From Minisyncoccia bacterium (GTDB taxonomy: Bacteria > Patescibacteriota > Minisyncoccia > Phycocordibacterales > UBA9973): 64,000 nucleotides of DNA. Shown piece after piece: positions 57,433 to 64,000 of the stretch. The stretch spans positions 12,599-76,598 of the forward strand of contig JBDHUP010000004.1 in NCBI GenBank assembly GCA_039809245.1, in the 5' to 3' direction. How positions within the stretch are numbered: the stretch's first letter is position 1; every line of letters begins with the position of its first letter. The notes under the pieces are model-generated. The model was not told the origin of the DNA, searched no databases, and saw nothing but the letters and a program-made list of their open reading frames with translations. The position numbers and the translations under genes were made by a program.

Positions 57433-58455
57433 TTAGACAAACTCGGGTTCGGTTTCAAGCTTGATGCCGAACTTATCAAATATTATTTTCGTTATCTCAT
57501 CTCGAACTTTCTCTACATCAGAGCGAGTTGCCCCACCGTTGTTCACGAGGACCATCGCATTGTTGGCATAAGAAGAAATAGTTCCGAAGCTTTTGCCTTT
57601 GAGTCCTGCTTGCTCAATTAGGAATCCTGATGGAACTTTCGTTTCAGTATCGCTAACTGGGAATACTACCATATCTGGATACTCATTCTTTAAACTCTTC
57701 GCGACACTTGCAGGCACAATAGTGTTCTTGAAGAATGACCCCACGCTCGGTATATCTTTCGGGTCTGGTAGTTTATTGCTTCGTATATGTATAATTGCTT
57801 CACGAATCTCTGATATTGAAGGATTATTAATATTGTTATCTATAAAATACCTTTTTACCCCGGGATAGTTAGGCATACTGGGTTTAGTTTTCTGAAGTCT
57901 TAGAGTTATAGAAGTTATCACATACTTCCCTCGTGCTTCCCCTTTGAAAATACTATTTCGATAAGAGAATCTACAGTCGCTATTGTTCAGGATTTTAAAA
58001 TCTCCATTTGCAATATCGTAAACTTCTACAGAAAGCAGAGTATCCTTTATCTCTTGGCCATATGCACCGACGTTCTGCACTGGTGTCGCACCCGCTGTCC
58101 CAGGAATTGCAGACATTGCTTCTATCCCTGATAGATTCATATCTACACTTCGCTTCACAGCACTGTCCCAATTCTCTCCGGCTCCAATTTTTATATCAGT
58201 ATACGAATCCGTATCATCTAGAACTTCAAAACCTAAAATATTTATTTTCAAAACGACAAAATTAAATAAACCATCAGGGAAAACCATATTCGATCCACCA
58301 CCGAGCACGAAAACTGGTAGATCTTTTTCTTTGGCAAATTTATACGCTTCTTCTAGATCATTCTTATCTGAAATCTCTACAAAATAGCGGAATTGCCCTC
58401 CAACTCGCAGTGTACAGTAGCTTTTTATATCCACATTTTCTTTAATCTCTAACAT
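57433..58455 (-). CDS. murB: UDP-N-acetylenolpyruvoylglucosamine reductase MurB
   Basis: FAD-binding LRVGGQ...VLGGGSN and MurB C-domain. Confidence 0.9.
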   Translation of the reverse strand: MLEIKENVDIKSYCTLRVGGQFRYFVEISDKNDLEEAYKFAKEKDLPVFVLGGGSNMVFPDGLFNFVVLKINILGFEVLDDTDSYTDIKIGAGENWDSAVKRSVDMNLSGIEAMSAIPGTAGATPVQNVGAYGQEIKDTLLSVEVYDIANGDFKILNNSDCRFSYRNSIFKGEARGKYVITSITLRLQKTKPSMPNYPGVKRYFIDNNINNPSISEIREAIIHIRSNKLPDPKDIPSVGSFFKNTIVPASVAKSLKNEYPDMVVFPVSDTETKVPSGFLIEQAGLKGKSFGTISSYANNAMVLVNNGGATRSDVEKVRDEITKIIFDKFGIKLETEPEFV

Positions 58456-58496
58456 CTTGCCATTATATCACATATGATATATAATCATCAAATATT

Positions 58497-60008
58497 ATGA
58501 AAAAACAATCAGATCAGCAAAAAATAGGCTTTTTTATTAAGGAATTAAGGGAAAAACGTAAATTAACCCAAGGAGCATTTGCCAAAGAACTAGGTACATC
58601 TCAGAGCGCCGTAGCCCGCATGGAGAAGGGTGAGCAGAACTTCACAACAGAGCTTCTGTCTAAAATAAGTACTGTCTTAGACCACCAGATAGTATCGATA
58701 AATGATTCTATAGATTTCCAAATCGTTGGTGGGAAGAAATTAAGTGGAAGTATTACAACCAGCTTCTCTAAAAATGGATCAGTTGGGCTTCTTTGTGCTT
58801 CCCTTCTGAATAAAGGTAAGACGACACTTCATGGTATCGCACGTATTGAAGAAGTTTATAGGGTTATAGAAATACTAGAGAGTATCGGTGTGAAAGTCTC
58901 TTGGATAAAGCAAAACTGTGTAGAAATAACACCGCCAAAGAAACTAAAACTTGAAAACTTGAACGTAGAGTCAGCGATAAAAACAAGATCTATAATTATG
59001 CTTATAGGTCCACTTATACATTTGCTTCCATCTTTCTCTATTCCCCACGCTTCGGGTTGCAACTTGGGTAAGCGAACTATCTCGGCACACAAATACGCTC
59101 TTGATGAATTGGGAGTTAAAATAAAAACTACAAATACATCCTACGACATAACAGTAAATACACTTAAGCCCGCAGACATAGTAATGTACGAGACTGGAGA
59201 TACCGCTTGTGAAAATGCTTTAATGGCTGCTGCCAAGATTGATGGTATAACAAAGATAGAGTGTGCTAGTGGAAACTACATGGTCCAAGAAGTTTGCTTC
59301 TTCTTGCAATCACTTGGAGTAGAGATTGAAGGTATAGGCACAGGTACTCTTACTATAAAAGGTAACCCTAATATAAATATGGATGCTGAATATCACAATA
59401 GTGAAGATCCTATTGAATCAATGATGTTTATATCTGCAGCTATCGCAACTGATTCTACTCTTACTATCAACCGCTGCCCTATCGACTTTCTTACGCTTGA
59501 ACTTTATAGATTAAAAAAGATGGGATTAAAATATAAAATCCTAAATAAATATCTATCGAAAAACGATAAAACAAAGCTCATAGATATAGAGATCCTGCCG
59601 AGTGTTCTGAAAGCTCCTTACGATAAAATCCACGCTAACCCATACCCAGGTATAAATATAGATAACCTTCCTTTCTTCGTGCCTATTGCTGTGCGTGCCG
59701 CTGGTACAACACTTATACATGACTGGTTCTACGAGAATCGTGCTATTTATGCTACAGAGCTTAACCGCCTAGGAGCAAGTGTTACTCTAGCCGACCCTCA
59801 CCGTGTATATATAACTGGTGGGACTCCTCTGACTTCAGCTCAAGTGGTCTGCCCTCCAGCACTCCGCCCTTCTATGGTTATCCTTATATCTATGCTTGCC
59901 GCAGAAGGTACTTCAATCCTTCGAAGTGTCTATATGATTAACCGTGGCTATGAAGATATAGCTCGTCGCTTGAACTCCATCGGTGCAGATATTACAATAC
60001 TTAAGTAA
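58497..60008 (+). CDS. murA: XRE-family HTH domain fused to UDP-GlcNAc 1-carboxyvinyltransferase MurA
   Basis: Residues 1-65 form a classic XRE HTH (LTQGAFAKELGTSQSAVARMEKG). The rest is the EPSP-synthase-fold MurA, with the catalytic Cys in SGCNLGKR and a C-terminal NRGYEDIARRL. Confidence 0.8.
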   Translation: MKKQSDQQKIGFFIKELREKRKLTQGAFAKELGTSQSAVARMEKGEQNFTTELLSKISTVLDHQIVSINDSIDFQIVGGKKLSGSITTSFSKNGSVGLLCASLLNKGKTTLHGIARIEEVYRVIEILESIGVKVSWIKQNCVEITPPKKLKLENLNVESAIKTRSIIMLIGPLIHLLPSFSIPHASGCNLGKRTISAHKYALDELGVKIKTTNTSYDITVNTLKPADIVMYETGDTACENALMAAAKIDGITKIECASGNYMVQEVCFFLQSLGVEIEGIGTGTLTIKGNPNINMDAEYHNSEDPIESMMFISAAIATDSTLTINRCPIDFLTLELYRLKKMGLKYKILNKYLSKNDKTKLIDIEILPSVLKAPYDKIHANPYPGINIDNLPFFVPIAVRAAGTTLIHDWFYENRAIYATELNRLGASVTLADPHRVYITGGTPLTSAQVVCPPALRPSMVILISMLAAEGTSILRSVYMINRGYEDIARRLNSIGADITILK

Positions 60009-60924
60009 TCTGCTTCTTAATTTTATATCCCTTACAATGTTTGAGTATACCTAGATACGATTGCTTTACTTCTGGTGGGACTTCTTTTTTGAATAGTCTT
60101 AACATTCGCTTCTTTGTATTTGTACGTAAGGTAGTATGGTAAGGAAAAATGACATACCCGAGGAAATCAATACCTTGAGACGCTTTCCTTATTTCTACTT
60201 TTCGTGGATGCAGAGATAATTTTAATTCAGTTTCTAAGAAATTAGAAACTCTTGGAATCAGTTTCTCTGTATATTCTCTATCTTTTGAGACTACTACAAA
60301 ATCATCACAATACCGGATATAGTGTTTTACTTTAAGTATATGTTTTACAAACTTATCAAATTCATTCAGATATACATTTGCAAAAAGCTGACTTGTGACA
60401 TTACCGAGCGGAAGACCACATCCTTTTGATTTTTCAAAACTTGAAATAATATTTTCAATCAACCAGTGAGTATCACGGTCTTCTATATACTTAAAAAGGA
60501 TATTTTTCAATATCACGTGGTTAATAGAGTCAAAGAACTTGGAGATGTCACACTTAAGCACCCAAATGTTCTGCGTATTATTCTTGCTTTCTTTGCGAAT
60601 GAATTCTCTAAGTCTTTCCACCCCTTTGTGCGTTCCTTTATTATTCCTACAAGAATATGAATCATAAATAAAAGTGGGGTCATATATTTTATACAATACT
60701 CGATATATTGCTTGATGTACTACCCTATCGCGAACATTCGCTTTATGTATATGCCGTCGCTTTGGATCATAAACATAGAAAGGGATATATGGCTGATTCT
60801 TATATATCTTATCTCGTAAGTTATAATGAAGATTGAATATATTACTCTCTAAATTAAAATCAAATTCTAAAACATCCTTCTTTTTATTCTTGCCTTTTTT
60901 GAATTCCCACCAAGCACCAAGCAA
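60001..60924 (-). CDS. DGR reverse transcriptase (N-terminus interrupted by a G10 tract; as called, it starts at TTG)
   Basis: RT motifs 1-7, including LPLGNVTSQLFANVYLNEFD (DGR hallmark [ILV]GxxxSQ, closely matching Bordetella phage bRT) and YCDDF. An ATG at 61009 becomes in-frame with 9 instead of 10 G. Confidence 0.85.
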   Translation of the reverse strand: MLGAWWEFKKGKNKKKDVLEFDFNLESNIFNLHYNLRDKIYKNQPYIPFYVYDPKRRHIHKANVRDRVVHQAIYRVLYKIYDPTFIYDSYSCRNNKGTHKGVERLREFIRKESKNNTQNIWVLKCDISKFFDSINHVILKNILFKYIEDRDTHWLIENIISSFEKSKGCGLPLGNVTSQLFANVYLNEFDKFVKHILKVKHYIRYCDDFVVVSKDREYTEKLIPRVSNFLETELKLSLHPRKVEIRKASQGIDFLGYVIFPYHTTLRTNTKKRMLRLFKKEVPPEVKQSYLGILKHCKGYKIKKQIT

Positions 60925-60966
60925 ATTTTCAATTGATATGATATTATTAAAAACACCATGAGTATA

Positions 60967-60976
60967 CCCCCCCCCC
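60967..60976. repeat. homopolymeric C10/G10 tract
   Basis: Ten consecutive C on the plus strand in a roughly 33% GC context. It lies inside the probable 5' coding region of the RT. Confidence 0.9.
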
Positions 60977-61051
60977 GACAGAATTATTGAGCTTCCTATC
61001 CTTGGTCATATAAAGAGATTATATAAAATCTTGTACCAAATAGGAATGAAA

Positions 61052-61339
61052 ATGCCTAAAAATAATAAACTCGGTATTCATAATGTTTTACAAGAAAAGT
61101 GTCTTGAAATACTTACGACTGTCGTAGATGCTTCACTTCGTTCAAAACAAGATAAAATTCCTTATCTTGTAAAAGCTCGTAGAGATATAGAAGTACTTAA
61201 ACATTTAGTTCGAATGGAGTACGAATTAGAAATCATAACAGAGAAGACATATCTAGCTAGTGCGCATATATTGCAAGACATTTCAATGATGGCAACAGGC
61301 TGGCAGAAATCACTGCAAACACAAAAGCCCTTGATGTAA
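61052..61339 (+). CDS. avd: Avd-like DGR accessory protein (putative)
   Basis: Basic helical protein of about 95-100 aa ending 25 nt upstream of the TR. RBS AGGAA lies before Met8. Orientation is opposite to the RT and target. Confidence 0.4.
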   Translation: MPKNNKLGIHNVLQEKCLEILTTVVDASLRSKQDKIPYLVKARRDIEVLKHLVRMEYELEIITEKTYLASAHILQDISMMATGWQKSLQTQKPLM

Positions 61340-61363
61340 ATCAAGAGCTTTTACGAGAAACTT

Positions 61364-61472
61364 CTGACGTGGACCGTTGTCGGGATTGCGATTGTCACGA
61401 TTGTCGTTGCTCACGTTGAACTGGTCATTGTCATTACGGTTCATGTTCAAAGCGTTGCCGTCGGAATCAAGT
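61364..61472 (-). repeat. DGR template repeat (TR)
   Basis: 109-nt repeat. In target-gene sense it reads ...GGC AAC GCT TTG AAC ATG AAC CGT AAT GAC AAT..., with 14 AAY codons. It is invariant relative to the VR except at A positions. Confidence 0.8.
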
Positions 61473-61702
61473 CTCTGTATGTAGTCATCTTTATCTCCGT
61501 GTATCGTTTACACAACACACTGTGTTATCTAGCTCTTTACTAGTCTTTGTTTAGAATCTTAATTTAATTCCCTAACTACATACAGGCAGTTTCTAAATAT
61601 TGGCGAACCGTCATCTCTTTAAAGATCAGCTCAACAGCCGTTTATAGTATATATAAAAAATTCCCCTTGGCAAAATAAATTGCAAAGGGGAAAAGTTAAA
61701 AG

Positions 61703-62467
61703 CTACGCAGTTTTAGAAAGCTTAAGCTGACGTGGACCGTGGACGGGATAGCGATTGACACGAAGGCCGAGGCACACGTTGAACCGGTCATAGTCATAAC
61801 AGAGCATGCCCAAAGCGTAGCCGTCGGAATCAAGTGCATGGAAGCGGGTCAAACCTTTTACGTCCAACATGTTGCCTGTTTCAAACCTTTCACGGAAAGC
61901 GGCAATAATACCTTCTTTCGGAATCATGTAATCGTTGCCATCATTGCAAAAATCATCATAACTCTTATTGAGGTGCTCTGTATCAGGCTCGATAGTTCCT
62001 GCCCAAGCAAAGCAATAGTTGCCTTTTGGACGATCCTGCTGTGTATCTATTGCATTATCCGGATTCTGCGAATATGAATTGCTGGAAACTTTATCGTCAC
62101 CAAATTTTTTCTTATAAGCAGTAATATATCGCTTGCAATTAAAACCTGCGTGAACGTATTCCAACCGCGGAAATTTTTTATCATATTCGGGTAATGTTGT
62201 GGTAGACCAGTCTATAATATGATTGAAGTTGCTTTTGTAAAAGCGTTCAATCTTTTTCTTCTGGTCAGCCCAAGGGTCAATTTCTATAGCAAGTAATTTT
62301 GCTACAATTTTAGCCGTGGCGTTTTCAACAAGTTTTTCATCTCCGAGAATTTGTTGCATTTCTCCTAAATTGAAATGTCCATCAATGGCATTAATAACAC
62401 CATTGGAAATAGTGAGGCCTAAGCGTGCATATTGCGCGCCAGTAGCCGGGATTTTCGCGTTGTTCAT
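61703..62467 (-). CDS. DGR target (variable) protein, 254 aa, VR at C-terminus
   Basis: The ORF's last roughly 45 codons include the VR. About 20 TR/VR differences, all but one at TR adenines. Confidence 0.75.
   Translation of the reverse strand: MNNAKIPATGAQYARLGLTISNGVINAIDGHFNLGEMQQILGDEKLVENATAKIVAKLLAIEIDPWADQKKKIERFYKSNFNHIIDWSTTTLPEYDKKFPRLEYVHAGFNCKRYITAYKKKFGDDKVSSNSYSQNPDNAIDTQQDRPKGNYCFAWAGTIEPDTEHLNKSYDDFCNDGNDYMIPKEGIIAAFRERFETGNMLDVKGLTRFHALDSDGYALGMLCYDYDRFNVCLGLRVNRYPVHGPRQLKLSKTA
61727..61835 (-). repeat. DGR variable repeat (VR)
   Basis: Direct-repeat partner of the TR, encoding ...LDSDGYALGMLCYDYDRFNVCLGLRVNRYPVHGPRQ. The TR encodes N at most varied codons. Confidence 0.8.
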
Positions 62468-62603
62468 AACTCTGCGTTTTTGTTTTAATGTAAAGAACTA
62501 GAGGGTAAAAGAGTATTACCATATTTGTTCTATATTATACACCTAAAATAAGCTTATGTCAATAATACATAATTCCTTTCAAATAAAGCTTTTTAGGCTA
62601 TAA

Positions 62604-63200
62604 TTGGCTTATATGGCGAAAATGTCTAATCGTGAGAAGCTTGATGAATTAAATACATACTGGCAGGAGCATTGTACTTGTGAGCTAAAAAAGACTGCAA
62701 CACAAGCTGTCTTTGGTGATGGAAATGCTGATAGCGATATAGTTTTCATTGGTGAAGCACCAGGTAAGAATGAAGACCTCGAAGGTAGGCCTTTTGTCGG
62801 AGCTGGGGGTAAATTCTTAGCTGAAATGCTTGAGAGTATAAAAATGAAACGAGAAGATATCTATATTACCAACATTGTAAAATATCGCCCACCGAACAAT
62901 CGTGATCCTCTACCAGAAGAAAAAGAAGCTTGTAATGAATGGCTTATGAGTGAACTCAAAATAATTAACCCAAAGTTAATAGTATTCCTAGGTCGCCACT
63001 CAATGATGCGATTCTTCCCTGAAGAAAAAATATCGGATGTTCATGGAAAACTTTTGATAAAAAATATTACGGAACTTAATAAGAAGCAAGCCTTCCTCCC
63101 TCTCTACCACCCAGCGGCCGCACTATACAACGGAGGCTTACGCGAAACATTAATTAAAGATTTTAAGAAAATCCCAAAAGCACTATTAAAACTTGGGTAA
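62604..63200 (+). CDS. uracil-DNA glycosylase, family 4
   Basis: GEAPG motif (FIGEAPGKNED), HPAA motif, and Cys residues for an Fe-S cluster. Confidence 0.8.
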   Translation: MAYMAKMSNREKLDELNTYWQEHCTCELKKTATQAVFGDGNADSDIVFIGEAPGKNEDLEGRPFVGAGGKFLAEMLESIKMKREDIYITNIVKYRPPNNRDPLPEEKEACNEWLMSELKIINPKLIVFLGRHSMMRFFPEEKISDVHGKLLIKNITELNKKQAFLPLYHPAAALYNGGLRETLIKDFKKIPKALLKLG

Positions 63201-63292
63201 AATAGTCTTTGAGAAAAGCCTTGCGCAGGCGGGTAGCCGAGCAGAGAAATTTTTCAACAGAAAAATATTCGTGCTTTTAGAGAAGAGCTATT

Positions 63293-64000
63293 TTACCCAA
63301 GCCTCTTCACTTCAATACACATAAATAAAGGTATTTCTTTTCGAGCTGTGTCTTCGGCGCTTTGTCGTGGACCAGTTTGGCTTTTCTTGTGAGATATCCA
63401 TTCCTCAAGGCGAGTCATAGCGAAGCCATTCTTAGAAAGTAGCTTCATATAGTATTGAAGTGGTCTGTGGAATGAAATAGTTTTAATTTTCTTCTTTGGG
63501 TCTTTTTCACCTGGGGTCATATCTATGGACACTTTCGATTCCGAAAGATACTTACCTACTGTGCGATACTGCACACCATCTTTAAAGTACCAATCACTCC
63601 CTTGCGGTACACGAAAGGATGGGTGGTTAAGAACAAATACTATTCTTCCACCCTTTTTTAATATTCGAGAACACTCAGCAAATACTTCATTTACATTTTC
63701 AATATTTTGAATTGCGAGAACCACTACAACAGTATCGATAGTATGATCTTTTATAAAAGGAGCCTTGTGAGCTGGAGTTACGTGAAAATTTATATTTTTA
63801 GGAGAGTTTTTGATAGCTTTCTCTATTAATCTTTTAGATAAATCAGAAGCTACAACATTTGCTCCATTTGCCGCAAATACATTCGCAAAATAACCTTGCC
63901 CACAAGCAAGATCATATACTATCTCCCCTTTCTTTATATCTAAAACTCTTAGAAGATTCGGAGCTATAACCTTTGCTTGATAACTATCGGCATCAGTCGT
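63293..64000 (-). CDS. class I SAM-dependent methyltransferase (5' end beyond the window)
   Basis: Minus-strand ORF continues to the window edge. Motif I DLACGQGYF was translated by hand from 63990-63720. The track shows only the part after the internal Met. Confidence 0.7.
   Translation of the reverse strand, partial: TTDADSYQAKVIAPNLLRVLDIKKGEIVYDLACGQGYFANVFAANGANVVASDLSKRLIEKAIKNSPKNINFHVTPAHKAPFIKDHTIDTVVVVLAIQNIENVNEVFAECSRILKKGGRIVFVLNHPSFRVPQGSDWYFKDGVQYRTVGKYLSESKVSIDMTPGEKDPKKKIKTISFHRPLQYYMKLLSKNGFAMTRLEEWISHKKSQTGPRQSAEDTARKEIPLFMCIEVKRLG

Larger units (their letters stand above)
60001..62467 (-). mobile_element. diversity-generating retroelement (DGR) cassette: RT, Avd-like gene, TR, and target gene with VR
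   Basis: The RT carries the DGR-specific motif. TR and VR are 109-nt direct repeats that differ at TR adenines. The TR is rich in AAY codons and a GC-rich IMH-like end is present. Confidence 0.85.

Noticed and set aside
61162-61344. 60-aa minus-strand ORF between the TR and RT
   Set aside because: Cys-rich low-complexity product antisense to the Avd-like gene. Judged spurious, although an alternative accessory gene cannot be fully excluded.
1-64000. CRISPR arrays, rRNA genes, IS elements and integrases
   Set aside because: No regularly spaced direct repeats, rRNA-like conserved blocks, or transposase or integrase ORFs were seen. The only mobile-type element is the DGR.

Overview
This 64-kb window looks like a low-GC, gene-dense bacterial chromosome segment, probably from a reduced-genome Patescibacteria/CPR-like organism. 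This is inferred from many short secreted or membrane hypothetical proteins, aminoacyl-tRNA synthetases with missing or extra domains, an O-antigen-ligase/TPR fusion, and tRNA genes that do not encode CCA. Nearly all the window is core housekeeping. It holds a division/cell-wall (dcw) block (mraZ-rsmH-ftsL-ftsI-murF), a second peptidoglycan block (pbp2, murC, an S51 peptidase, murD, murE) and a third (murB, tRNA-Leu, alr, rpmG, with a convergent HTH-murA). It also holds murJ, lepA, an ABC exporter, four aminoacyl-tRNA synthetases (lysS, valS, leuS; the valS lacks its C-terminal domain), tsaD/tsaC, miaA, ychF, greA, engB, rpmA/rplI, a cold-shock protein divergent from a DEAD-box helicase, and an ECF sigma factor with a putative anti-sigma factor. 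Six tRNA genes sit on the minus strand (Glu-CTC, Phe-GAA, Arg-CCT, Gly-CCC, Trp-CCA, Leu-CAA). The one clearly accessory system is at the 3' end (60.0-62.5 kb): a diversity-generating retroelement (DGR). It consists of a reverse transcriptase with the DGR-specific LGxxxSQ motif, an Avd-like gene, a 109-nt template repeat rich in AAY codons, and a matching variable repeat at the 3' end of a 254-aa target gene. Template and variable repeats differ almost only at template adenines. The reverse-transcriptase N-terminus is interrupted by a G10 homopolymer, which is either a phase-variable switch or a sequencing error. Other unusual items are a NUDIX hydrolase domain inserted in-frame into LeuRS, an XRE-HTH::MurA fusion, tRNA-Leu placed 2 nt upstream of the alr start codon, partial tRNA copies beside tRNA-Glu and tRNA-Trp, and a 33-nt element duplicated upstream of lepA and the ABC exporter. 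No CRISPR array, rRNA or classical transposon was seen.
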